From NCBI GenBank assembly GCA_043228905.1, contig JBHGNT010000021.1, forward strand, positions 7,502,001-7,566,000: a stretch of DNA of 64,000 bases, given 5' to 3'. Below, piece by piece: positions 24,001 to 36,836 of this stretch (positions are counted from its first letter, which is position 1; each line of letters begins with the position of its first letter). Under the pieces are notes generated by a model that was given only the letters and a program-made list of their open reading frames with translations, searched no databases and was not told the origin of the DNA. The position numbers and the translations under genes were made by a program. This DNA is from Azolla caroliniana (taxonomy: Eukaryota > Plantae > Polypodiophyta).

Positions 24001-26198
24001 AATTTCTGTCTAACAATCAGTGACTGTTCCTGTCCTGGTACATAACCTGATTGTACATAATTGAATATGTAAACTTACAGATGCTTGGGGTGATCTATTT
24101 TTAAAACTTACAAGATGATCGAATGCCCAAAAATGAAGTGATGTAAGGTATGGAATGGTCTATAATGTCCTCTTGTGGCATTCTGATAAAATCATGGTAG
24201 ATAGTGCACTTCTGAGAGGGTTGTAACTTGTGTATGCATATCTTCAGCCACCTTTCAAGATTCATTAAAAAGTAGAGATGCATTTGATTCCTTTCACCAA
24301 AAGTAAATAATAATCAATCTCATTTTGTACACATTCTGCACATGTTTTGCTATTTTCATAGCAGAAATAACTGAAATGGAATGGATTAAGTGAAAGAAAT
24401 AGCTAGCAGAACTCTAAGAGAACCTCAAGTCCCACATTTTATCAAAATTTTTGTGGTATCTAATGAAGAGTGATAGAGAAAAGAAAAGAAAAGAAAAGAT
24501 TACTACAATTCACTATTATGACGAGAATACGAACTTCATTACATCATAAACACAACCACACACCAAAACACTAATATCACCCTCATTCACAATAGTCACT
24601 CTTTCTTTTCCTTTCTCCTACTAAATCTCTTCTTGTCTCACTTCTTCTAAATTTATTTCATCTTCCTCTTCTTTTCTTTCTTCCTTCCCTTCCCTTTTAT
24701 GGCTAAGAAACCACTCCTATTAATAGGCTTCTGGTTGCCTTCTTCATAGGCTATTCTTGCTTCTTCTTCTTCTTCTTTTTAGATATATTTGAGTCTATGT
24801 GAGGCGTTTTTTTATATGACTATTTCTTCTTTGTAATCCCAAATTCGGCATACAAAATATTTTTGAAAGCTCTCGTTGTCAGCATTTTTATGAATCTTTT
24901 CTTTCGAAATTTGGATATCGGATGAAGAAGTTGTGAGCTTTTTTTTTATCTATCTAAAGCTTCATATTCACAGTGTGTTTTTTTTTAACTTTTTGACACT
25001 TCTGACAAACGTCTCTAACTTTATCCATTCAAGTTCTTTCCTTTGATTGTTATGATACTTGAATCCTTCATATTAGGCTCTATTCTTGAGAGTCTTAGTG
25101 TCCAACATATTTGTAACAATATTTTCTTTCGAACAAAACCTGATGTCACATCAACTTCTGGATAGAACACAAGAAAATACGAAACGTAAAAATATGTGCT
25201 TACACCTTGTGGAAGATATAAATGTAATGACTATTGTAACCTGGTTGAGTATGGTATGTACACAACCTGGAGTAGTTGGTGTCAGAGGAAAGGATTGTGA
25301 ACATTCGTTAGTCTCTACAACTTTCTGCAAAAGGCATATTTTTGTATAAAGAAGGTTAGCTAATGAAAGAGTCTCTTGAAGCAAAAAGAAGACATAGCTT
25401 AGGCATGCATCATACATATTCATGGTGAGAAATTTAAAGACTTTGGTATCTCTTTGTTCTTAAAGACTCCATATGAGGATTCTGGACATTGGTTAATCTC
25501 TACAACTTTCTGCAAAAGGCATATTTTTTAATAAGGTTAAGGTTTCATCAAAGCTGATGAAAGAGTCTCTTGAAGTGAAAAAGAAGACATAGCTTAGGCA
25601 TGCATTATAGATATTCATGGTGATCAATTCAAAGGCTCTTGAGATCTTTTTGTTCTTAAGAATCCATTATATGAAGATAGTTGCATTGAGAATTGGCCTC
25701 ACTTCTCTAATAATGATTGGATCTTTGACTTTGTTAAATGTTCTCAAGAAAATTGATTGTTGACTTTTTGCATAACAGTTTTTCCATGTGAGGAATAGAT
25801 TCAGATAGCTTCATCATTAGGATACACTTACTCTTAGTTTTTGAGTAATATTTTCAGCGCCAATTCTCAGACCTTTTCATTTTGTATTGATGAGAATGAG
25901 AACATGACTTCAAGATTGTAACCTTTTTTCTACCGTTATCTCGAGTCAATCTTTACAAATTTTGATTATTGTTGAGTTTTCCTATGTTACATTACAATCA
26001 AACATTACTAATTTATGTATTACAATGAAAGGGAAAGAAAATTATGTGGAAATCATCTATTACTTGCTGTCATCTTCCATATAAAACTTAATATTATGAG
26101 TTTCAACTCAAATGCAGAGTTCAGATTCCGTGGCAGATCCTGTTTCTAGATTGAATGGAAATGCAGTTGGATCTCACAGTCAAACGAGACAGTACTAG
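18034..26198 (+). CDS. Large Glu/Lys/Leu-rich coiled-coil protein of unknown family (~1337 aa predicted)
   Basis: 3.6-kb open exon from 18034 (in-frame stop just upstream, acceptor TTTTGCAG at 17990). Predicted further exons 21863-22044, 22455-22517 (EQTLMRQQLELERQRVSELKQ), 23677-23772 (VEVENQWMEATIMRALEQKKDSDTRVLELERK) and 26118-26198 (stop). Phases agree if the big exon ends at 21625 (GC donor). The big exon is certain; the 3' exons are less so. Confidence 0.8.
24356..25107. mobile_element. Possible solo LTR in an intron of the coiled-coil gene
   Basis: Ends TCCAACA, with TATTT on both sides (24351-24355 and 25108-25112) and LTR-like composition. The left terminus is TC rather than TG and the TSD is low-complexity. 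Confidence 0.35.
25305..25680. repeat. ~185-bp tandem duplication in an intron
   Basis: TCTCTACAACTTTCTGCAAAAGGCATATTTTT occurs at 25312 and 25497. AAAAAGAAGACATAGCTTAGGCATGCAT is also duplicated. Confidence 0.9.
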
Positions 26199-29189
26199 TC
26201 TATTGTATATACTTGTGATATTCACTGAAGGCCCTTCGTAAAGCAAATGTGGAGGGATGCCTAAAAGTCTGTCGAAAGTAGTTCATCGCTTTGGGCATCA
26301 AGATTGTTGTCTAATTCCTAGAATTATACAATGTAGTTAACCAATGTACAAATATGTAAGAATCTCAAACACATTTTAATCTTTTGGATAGGTAGGCATG
26401 CAAGCAAATGCTTGATGTTTTTTGTATTGTGGGTGTTCAATGCAAGGTTGTATCTTGTTACCAGCCATGTAAGCTCCTTTTCAATAGAGCACAAACTCAT
26501 CAAAATGTAATACCCAATTTGAATCATCTAAATCTACACTTAGTTGCTGCTAAGGTGGCAATTTCTGTTGTGGTATTGCCTTTCAATGCTAGTGATGATG
26601 AAAACATACCTGTGGAGATGGGTTAATCCATATCATCATTGTAGAGACATCGAGTGCTTGAGCTTCTTTTTCTATGGATTGCATTCTTATCATGGTCACA
26701 CGATTACATTTATGTTATAACTCAAAACTTGTGATTGCTTGTTTCATTAAGTGTTATTTTATGCATATTTATTTTGTTTCCGGTGCCTTGTCTTCTTCCC
26801 ACGTAAACTGCAAAAACAATGTTTGGAAACAAATATCCTAGATGTCATAGATACAAATATGACATGTGAAGGATCTTTAGGATTTAAAGAACATGGTTGA
26901 TTATAATACCTTTGTTTGAGATTTATGGAGTTGATGTGAATTTATAATTTTTTGCTAAAGTTGTGCTTGACAAACTAATTTGGCAAGAATTATGAGGAGT
27001 CCTCCAAACATGAATGTTTCTACTAAATCAATGAGGATGTTGCTTGCAAATGTTGTTCAAGCTCATTGGTTGAGTTTATAGGGCTTTGCCCAAGTAGCTA
27101 TTTCAATACTACTAAATGAAACATCTACTTATGTAAGTATTAAGGACACGCCACATGAATCAAGTCTCTAGTTCATATCTTGATGTATTTATTTTGTTAT
27201 TTTTATGATTTTTGGGTTAAGCTCGAAGTGTAAATAATTTCCTCTTGAGGTAATTTCACTTTATCAATCCATTTTTCTCAATTTTAGTTCCCAAACCCTC
27301 TAAGCCTCATGTGTATTTTCTATTCAATAAGAGAACTTCAACAATTTTCTTTCCTACTTCACAGAAGAAATTTGAATGAGAGCAAGAACATAAAATGGAA
27401 GAGGAATTAAAGTTATATCTTGACGGTTCGTATTTGGCCAAGGTAGATTCATTCATTTGAAATCACTCACACTTGTGCAATGATCCGAATTAAGATTTCT
27501 AGAACCACAACTAACCCACATGTCATTTCAATGTTTTGGACTTGTGCAACATCAAGCTAAAGAACCAAATCATTAAATTGGAATCCAACTTATACACTAG
27601 TCATTCTAATCATTTTGAGCGGAAAATACTACTTCGTTCCTAATTTATTTGTAATGACATGATTACACTAAGAATGGCATGAGTTACAATTTATGAAAAA
27701 AGCTTTGACGTAAAATTCACCAAAATATAAAAGAATTCTTGGAGACCGTAGAAAATAGCTTAAAAAAATGCTTCTATGTTTCGTATACTTTTAATACATA
27801 CAACATTCATTAATGGAATGGAACTAGATATCCGGAGACACATAACTTAACTCTCTAATAAACTAAAAAGCCAAATACTAACAAAATTATATTGATTTCA
27901 ACCTCACAAATAAATATTGCTCAACTCCTCCCCCTTAAAATGTGTCTTGAGTTTTTGTACTAAAGATTGGGTTTTGGAAGTGTGGCTCCGATGTCCATGT
28001 ATAAATAAGATGACATGAACATAACATAGTTTGATGCGTTAGCCTCTTCTTTGTGAATACGTTCATGGAATTCTTTGTTATTCAATGAATAACTAACAAA
28101 TAAGAGAATGGAATACGGTAGAATCACAAGTAGATAACAAAGCATTGCAACAACAACATCCATCTATTATTAAATAAATAGCCCCAACTTCTTTTACAAC
28201 AAAGGGCAATGACCCTGCGAAGCTTGATTGTTTGAGTTACAATATCGCACTCATGTATGAATGATTAGTATATATGTGAAGGTCATATGATGAAGTGTTA
28301 GTAAGAGCGAGGGGTGCATAAGAGATGACAAAAAAGTTATTTTAATGGAAGTGAAGGGGAAAGAGTGAAACCAATCAATAAATAGTAGAAGTCTCAATCT
28401 TTCACCCCTTGCCAATTAGGCTAAAAATGGTAATAGTAAGTACCTTAAAACAAAAGGTGTAATGTCGCATGTTACTAGGGATTTTCCAAGGTCACTTAAT
28501 GCTTGACGAATATGTTAGAAGACATTGATATTCAAACAAGAAATAGAAGGGACATCGAGAAACTTTCTTGTATCTATCCATAGGGGCATCACCAACAGGA
28601 TAGCATTTCAATACCTTTTTTTAATATTTATATGGAAACTTGATCACAAATGTAGAAGGGGAACATTGAAATTTTGCGACTGTAGCAATAAAAAATGATT
28701 GAGGAAACACTATGGCTTCCATTGATTGGGAATGCGAAAAGAAAAACATTCGGTTCGGTTCATTTTAGAAAAATGCCTCACCTACATTTCCATCATCTTT
28801 ACAAAGGTTGGGAGAGTAAGAAAGTAATTGATTTCAAAACCAATTTTTGATCTACCGAGAATGAATCGTTTTTTGGTTTCGAGTTCGTACAGAAACTTTG
28901 GTTGATGGCCGGTCAATAATGGCGAAAGCATTTGATAGAAAACGCACATCAGATTCATTATTTCGAACGACCATTTGAAATGATTAGCCGTTTCAATTCA
29001 TGGGATTCGGGCATTGAAGGTGATTCCATTCCATTGCATTGCATTATATATAAATTGCTTGGTCTTTACTCGTACAAATATTGTAAGTTATGAAGAGAAA
29101 AATAACGATCCGTTAGGTGCCTAAAGTGGTCGAACCTTTTATTCCATTCACTCCTATTTTAGAGATATAGTAAAGTAATGAAATGATTC

Positions 29190-30700
29190 TGGTCACATGT
29201 CCACGTGGCTTGGTGGTGTGACATGTCACGTGTCCACGTGGCTTGTGTGACATGTCACTGCAAAAGAAAACAAAACGAAAGCCTAAAATGTCTAAAAATG
29301 TAAATAAAGCTAAAAGAGAGAAGAAGAAGAGAATTATAAAAGAAAAATGATTTGTACTCGCAATTCCATCGATCTCTTTCCGCCTTCTTTTTTTTTTTGT
29401 TTTTTTTTCTTTCTCATTCGTTCTTTTATTTATTTTGAAAATTAAGCATAAAACGAATCAAAAAAATAAAAAATTTAATCAGCTCGACATAATAAATAAT
29501 AAAACTGAAAAAAGAAAAAAAAGAAAAAAAGAAAAGAGATAATATTGGGTGCGTGACAGAGATAGCCTGATCCAGTCACTTGTTGCCACGTGTACATGAT
29601 TGGCACACGTGGCCCGCGGGCCCCACGCTCCCAAAAAGTAATAATAATAGAAGTAAAAAAAAAAACAAAATTCCCGGAATTGAATTCAAAAAAGCCAAAA
29701 AACGAAAAAAAAAACAAACAAAACTAATAATTAGTGATAAAGAGATAAAAAAAAAGAAAAAGAAATTAAATGACGAGGAATGGAGGGAATGCGTGATGCC
29801 AATCATATGATGCCACGTGTCAGCTGATATCAAGCCCCTGTTCCCGTGCATGCAAAAGAAAACAAAAACTAGAGAGCTTCTTCTGGTGAGCTAGCATAGT
29901 TTGAACCATACGTACCATACGCGCACTTCGCATTCGAGAATGTTTCAATAATTTCGAGTATGGTAAACACCCTCGACGAATCGTAAATACCATACTTTTG
30001 TGATTCATTATTTATTACGTATTAGGTAAATTCTTTTTAAAGGTTACAAAAAGTTAAGGTAAAAAGTGTAAATACATTTTAAAAACATAACGAATGTTTT
30101 TATAACATACGCATTCGTTTGAATTCGTATGAAAGAGAATGTTTTATTACGTACTTGCTATGAGGCATCCATGTGAAGGAAATAAATTGGCTAATCCCCA
30201 ATATACCCTTTTCCGGACATTTCAAAATCCCCAAAAATACCCTCCCTCCCAAAGCGAAGAACTCTTGGGACCATAAAACCACCAGCATAATTTATTTCCC
30301 CTGTTTTAGGGCTCCTATTTTCTTTTCTTTTTTCTCTTTTTACCTGGCTTGCTTGTTTTTTAAACCCTCGGAGACACAACCCTACCCTAAACTTCTTGCC
30401 GATTGGCCGACCAGAAATTATAAGGCATTGAACCTGAGAAAATGAAAAAGACATTGGCACTAGGCATACCCCTCATTTAATTTAGTCGGCTTCTTTTCGA
30501 ATCATTTACATTTATTTTTTTACCTGAGTATGCCATCCTTCATGTTTCTAATGGCAACTTGTCGCTACATGTGGGGAGGAGGGGGTTTGTTACTGTCTTC
30601 GGCAAGAAAGGGTATATAGTGTACAATGGACCACGTGATATCATTGGCATGTTGGTAAAGGTGTTATTGTTAGGGTAGGGTCCATGTGGACAATGATCCA
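29190..30700. promoter_or_regulatory. G-box/ABRE cluster within probable degenerate MULE/foldback-like sequence
   Basis: CACGTG at 29202, 29227, 29235, 29587, 29606, 29814 and 30632. Inverted pair ATATACCCTTT (30201) / AAAGGGTATAT (30607). Poly-A/poly-T tracts lie between the motifs. Confidence 0.45.
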
Positions 30701-33238
30701 ATGTCTACGTAGTTGTCAATTATATATTATTGGATTGAATGTATATATCACTACAAAATATTCACTAGGCTGAAAACTATGATGGCAAGTCTGACCATGG
30801 ATTTAACTCATATGGTCTATGTAAATCAAGATGAAGCCGAAAACTTCTCACGAGTTGTGGTGCAATATCCTATCATAGATAATTTTTTGAGCTTAGTTAC
30901 TATGCAAATCATATTTTAGATTTGGCCTGTGTCATAATCTTGATTAATACTCGCAGTTGTTTCTCATTAAGAATGTATGCACATATGTGGAAGTGGGAGG
31001 ATATATTGTAGTGTAAGAGGTGGTAAAATTGAAAACACAAAATCATGGTAAAATGGAAAATAAAATCAAGTTCATGTACACTAACTTTTTTCACATTTTC
31101 GTGTCTCGTCCTTTTTACACACACACCACTCTCTCTCTCACTCTCTCCTCTCATTTGGGCTAGCAAATGCTGGTATGCTCAAATGGGTAGGTGCTTTTGG
31201 TTAGGCTTTGTTGTGCCGTGGTATGTTATGCCTATACACTAGGTTTCGCATGGTTCTCGTGAAACCATTGGACAAATATCTGCGTCTTCACAAAGGCTTG
31301 GGAGAGAATAAAAAGGTTGGTGGGATGGGCAAAAGAGATGGCTAATAGTAGGTGATGCCAATTATTCGAGTAGGGCAGAGAGAAAGAGAGACAAGAGTCA
31401 AGAGGAACATCATGGAACTGTAGATGGATGTACTCGATACTATGATATCCGAGGCATATACGTTTGTCTTGTTCGAGAGGGAATTGGTGGTGGATCATCA
31501 TCGAGCAAGTGTCTCACGAAATTAAAATTCGAGGTTCGAAAGTGATTCGGGTTCTATCTCGTGGAACACGAAGAGGCATAGATAAGTTGAATCGAAAGAT
31601 AGATGGGACACTCTTCGAACCCATTGGAACAATGGAGGGCCGTCCACTTTTTACTTAGGTTCTCTATATCTATCTATATATAGTGGAGCCGAGAGACATG
31701 ACATGTATCTTACTAGGGGGGGGGGGGGGTTGGACACGATGTCCGGGGGGGTCAACACGAGAAGCCAAAATGACATGTGCTGCCCCGTAAAAATCTTTTC
31801 AATTCTCAGAGTAGCGGCAAAGCAAGGCAGAGGGGGATGTCGGGGGATCCGACCGGACGAGAGCGCGAATTTGTACTCGGCCTGGGGTTTTTTTTTGGGT
31901 TAATTTCTCGGTCTCAGAAGCAAGCGAGCAAGCGAGAGGAGCGCGGGCGGAGGATTTCGGACGGCCGCGTGTTTTGTCGGTTGGGTCCGGTGGGGGTTAG
32001 TGTGTGGGTTGTCCATATAGGCCATCTCTACGTTGGAGTGTTGTCCACATGCCATGGTCATATGGCCCCATATGGCCATAGCCATAGCCATAGCCATAGC
32101 CATACATGCAGACATCCATTCCTTCTTCTTCTTCTTCTTCTTCTTCTTCTTTATTCTTCTCTGTCATACCAAATAGTGCGTGTTTTCTCTGTCCTGTGTT
32201 CTCTCTCTGATCATCTGATGCATCAGTTCATCTTCCCCCCCCCTTCTTCTTCTTCTTCTTCTTTATCTCCATCTAAAAAGCTTCCATTTTTCCCTCCCTT
32301 TTCTGCATTCCCTGTGCATTCATTCTTTCTCTCTTTTTACTCATAGCCTTCTCTCATCTAATCTCATCTCTCTCTCTCTCTCTCTCTCTGCAGAGTTTGC
32401 TAGTTCGTTTCATAAAAGAAGAAGAAAAAGAGCACAAGTTCTTTCCGGTTCCCTCTTCCTCCCTGGTGAGCAGCTCAATATCTCCATTTTTCTCTTGTCT
32501 CCATCTTCTTTTTTCTTCTTTTTCCTGTGTCTGTGTCTGTGCATAAAACGGTTCTGCATTTATTCTAAACACCGTTTTTCTCTTTTCATCCTCTCTCTTT
32601 TGTTTCTCTCTTTTCAAAGATGTGGATATGGCGGGGGTGGGGTGGGGGCTCAGGATGTATGGACAGATAAGCTTTATTCTTGCTGGGCCATACCTGTCTT
32701 TTGTTTTTCTTAAATAGTGGTAGATGATACGGCCAAAGCTTCCATGGTAGCTTAAGATCAGAGGTCACATGGTGAGTTTTCATTGTTTTGTTTTTGTATC
32801 TTGTTGAAAAACAACGAAAAAGGAAGCTTTGTGTTGGGCTCAGATTCTTATAAAGGGAAGACCTAGACATTCAATAGATTAGGGAGGAGCGAGTAGAAGA
32901 GAAAAGGGTGAGAGTTCTAATGGTGGTAATGCCAGGCAGACAGACTACAGAGAGAGGATACTTTCTGGGTTGGGAGTCTTAAGGAAGATTTAGATCTTGA
33001 ACGTCTGAAGGGGGAGAAGAAGGTTGCGTTTTAATGGCGGAACTGCGAATGTGAGGGAAGATTAAGGGAATGAGTGATGGTGAGTAATTCATGTGAAGTT
33101 TTGCATGGTTTCTGTGCAGGAAACTCAAGAATATTGATCTCGAAGATTTGCAATTGATCTGCAGCAGTGAAGCACAAATAGGTTGCTACCGCATATTCTG
33201 CAAACGAAGAAGCAGAAGCAGAAGCAGGAGGAGAGGGA

Positions 33239-33295
33239 GAAGAAGAAGAAGAAGAAGAAGAAGAAGAAGAAGAAGAAGAAGAAGAAGAAGAAGAA
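33239..33295. repeat. (GAA)19 microsatellite in the kinase 5' leader
   Basis: Perfect trinucleotide run within a purine-rich tract (33200-33430) upstream of the ATG at 33498. Confidence 0.95.
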
Positions 33296-33497
33296 ACAGA
33301 AGAAGTAGTTGGAGACGAAGAAGAGCAAGTAGCAGAAATTAGAAGAAGAAGAAGAAGAAGAAGAGTAAGTAGCAGAAATATTTGAAGCAGAAGGAGAAAA
33401 AAATCAGAAAAACGCAGAAGAGAGAAAAAAAACCCCAGATTTAAAATCAGGGGTATCAGACTAAGAGGTAAGATTAGACGCTTCAAACGAAAAGACG

Positions 33498-36400
33498 ATG
33501 ATGCAGATGATGGAAGGAGCTTCAAACCTGCAGGATATGGTGATGAATATATGCGAACCAGCTCGAGAATCAGACCTAGAGAGCTATACTTCTGTACAAC
33601 AAGTAAGCGATCAGATGCTGCTGATGCATCAGATCGGAGCAGAAGAAGGAGAAGGAGAAGTAGAAGGCGAGTACAGGGACACAATAAGTGGAATCATATC
33701 ATCAGATATTCAGTCGGCCAGTATAATGTACTACGAGATCGATCCAACAAGAAGCCATAGCCGGTCATCAACAGATCTGAACACGAGCAGTTGTAGCAGA
33801 AGCAGTAGCTTTGATACAAGGATTAATGGAGGGGGAATGAGAGGAGGTGCAGGCTGTGGAAATAAACCACATAAAGCTCAAGATGGAGCTTGGGAAGCAA
33901 TCTGCAGAGTTAAGGTTAGAGATGGAGGTTTAGGGTTAGGTCATTTTCGCTTCTTGCAACGTCTTGGAAGTGGTGATATAGGCAGCGTTTATCTTGCAGA
34001 GCTCAAAACCGAAGAAGAAGAAGAAGATGATGATGAAGAAGATGAAGGAGAAGAAGAAGATAGTACTAATTCCACATTAGCTCAATGCCATAATAACACC
34101 TCCATAGCTAACAGTAGTTATTCTGCAATACCTAAATGCTATTCCCATGCTATAGCTAACAGTACTGACTCTTGCTTAACTGAACACAGTACTAATTCCT
34201 CTACATCTCACAGTGCTAACTCTGCTGCCATAGCCCAGCCTAGTAATAATTCCTCCATATCTCATAGCCCTAATTCCACTGCCATATCTGAAAACTGTAG
34301 TTCTGCTGCCATACCTCACCAGAGTAACAATAGCGCTCATTCCCCTGCCATAGCTGAAAACCATAATTCTGCACGCAGAGCCAGGCACAGTAACAAGAAC
34401 ACCATTTCCTCCAGTATGAACGTTTCTTCTTCTTCATCTTCTGCTGCGGCTGTTCCTACTTCGTGCCCATTGTTCGCTGTGAAGGTAATGGATAAACGAG
34501 CTCTGGCTGGTCGTCATAAGCTTCTGCGGGCGCAGACCGAACGTGAGATCCTAGAAGCTTTGGATCATCCTTTCCTTCCCACTCTCTATGCTCATATTGA
34601 TGAACGCCATTTCTCTTGTCTGGTTATGGAGTTCTGTCCTGGTGGTGATCTCCATGTCCTTCGTCAGCGCCAGCCTTCGAAACGTTTCTGTGAGAATGCT
34701 GTCAGGTACTGAGTTAAATTCTATCTTTTTTCATCTTCTTGTCCTCAGCTTTGATCTGCAATTAATCTTGTTTTGTTCCTTTATTTTCATTGTCATCCCA
34801 TCTTTTTCATCTCTTTTTCAGATCTCTTGTTCACTTAATTTATGTAGTGAATCAGCAATCAATTTCTTCATTTAATCCATTTGTCCCGTGTTCTTGGTTT
34901 TCTCTTTAATTCCTGTGATTCAATCTTATCTTGGTGCTGGCTTTCTTTGTTTTTCATCCTTAAGTCTCTCTGATTTCATCAGGCATTGATTTTTTCTATG
35001 TTATAATGTGCATTTAACCTCTTTAATTTTGTTAATCAGCTTAGATAGGTAACAGCTAATCCTTTAACTTGAATAATGAGTCAGCTCTCTGCTGCGAAAT
35101 TTCACTGTGCTAGGGATCTGTGATCTTCATAGCAATTATTACTAGCTTAATTAGGTAACTATTAGTTCTTCGTATAGTTTAACTTGTTAGAGATTAGTGC
35201 TCCTTCTACTGTAATTATTACGTTTTGCTTGAAACCAACATCATAAAATTAATTGTTGTAATGATGCAATTCCTTCAATGTTCTAAACCGACTGCTTGTT
35301 CACTTAATCAGCTTACTTATATGCATCTATTTATTCTGGCACTAGCTTGATTATAAATAAATTTAGGTGTTAGCCAACAACAGGCATCTTAGTTCAACAT
35401 TTTATTTGATGTAGAGCAGAAATCGATGTGAAATGATGGTGATAATGATGGTGATAATGATGGTAATGTAAGTAAATCAATGAACAGAGAGAAAAATGGG
35501 AGAAGGCCACACTCCTTAATGTGTTGACTGTAACTGTGTTTAGAAAATAAATGTAGGATGGGGGTCAATTGTCTATTGTTTTCTAATAGATGAAAGCTCT
35601 TTTTATTTTCCCCTTTTTTGAAGTATGGAATTACTGACATCCACTTCTTACACTGGTAGTTCCAATGCCATTAAATCATCAGAAGCTCAACAAAGTAGTT
35701 CTTTTTTTAAAACCTTTACGTTACTTTCACAAGATGAAACATTGTGGGGAATAATATGGTGGATTCATCCCCTTTTCCTCTCTTTCAGAGCTGATCAGAG
35801 GCATTATGCAAATACTTGAAAACTTAAAATGAGCATTTCCCTTCAAATGAATCGAGTTCTCTTTGTGATGATGAAGTTTTTTTCCTCCCATGGCAGGTTT
35901 TATGCGGCAGAGGTTCTATTGGCATTGGAATATCTACACATGATGGGAATAGTCTACAGAGATCTAAAGCCAGAGAATGTACTTGTGAGAGAGGATGGCC
36001 ACATTATGCTATCAGATTTTGACCTCTCATTGAAATGCTCGGTTAATCCGATCCTATCGCGATTGGCATCAGTCCGACAACAACAAGGATCATCATCATT
36101 ATCATGTTTACCGTCAGGCAAAGGTCCAGGAAGCTGTGAACTAAGAGTATTAGGCTGTGTGGCACCATGTAGCGTCCACCCGATAGCATCATGTCTTCCT
36201 GTACCACGTTTCTTAAGTTACTTGCCGAAGTCGGGGGCAGGTGTGAAAATGTCCAGATCTAAGGGCACCTTAGGTAGGCGCCCATTGCCAGAGCTTATTG
36301 CAGAACCAACCAGTGTTCGATCAATGTCGTTCGTTGGTACCCATGAGTACCTCGCCCCGGAAATCATTATTGGAGATGGACACGGAAGTGCAGTTGATTG

Positions 36401-36836
36401 GTGGACATTCGGTATCTTTCTATTTGAGCTCCTACATGGACACACACCGTTCAAAGGTGTGGATAATGAGATGACTCTAATGAATGTTGTCACTCAACCA
36501 TTGAAGTTTCCCGCTTCCTCAACCGAATCGAATGGTAGTGTTGATTATTTTCCATCTATAGCTGGGCAAAACCTTATCCGGGGTTTGCTTGTGAAAGACC
36601 CTAACAAGAGATTAGCTGCAACAAGGGGTGCATCAGAAGTGAAGCAACATCCTTTCTTTCAAGGTGTGAATTGGGCGCTCATTCGTTGTGCTATTCCACC
36701 TGAAATCCCAAGCCCCTATGTCCCGATCGAGGAGAAATATGAAGCCAAACAATGCCTTAACCATGCTGATAGCATGAAGAAGCACAAATGGGTCACTGAT
36801 GCTGATGCCAATTCTGAATCTTTTGGTATGTTTTAG
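33498..36836 (+). CDS. AGCVIII Ser/Thr protein kinase, AGC1 (D6PK/PAX-like) type (2 coding exons, ~715 aa)
   Basis: Exons 33498-34705 and 35897-36836 (phase-2 GT-AG intron at ENAVR|FYAAE). Motifs: [49 protein letters not shown] (AGCVIII hallmark), VII-VIII insert, [14 protein letters not shown] and C-terminal FxxF (FGMF). Confidence 0.95.

Noticed and set aside
33031-33684. 217-aa minus-strand ORF and poly-R/poly-F ORFs
   Set aside because: These are by-products of the GAA microsatellite and the antisense of the kinase exon. The poly-E frame on + is bounded by stops and has no ATG.
33498-36836. Naming the kinase PID or D6PK
   Set aside because: The motifs fit AGC1 ([11 protein letters not shown]) rather than PID, but orthology within AGC1 needs a phylogeny.
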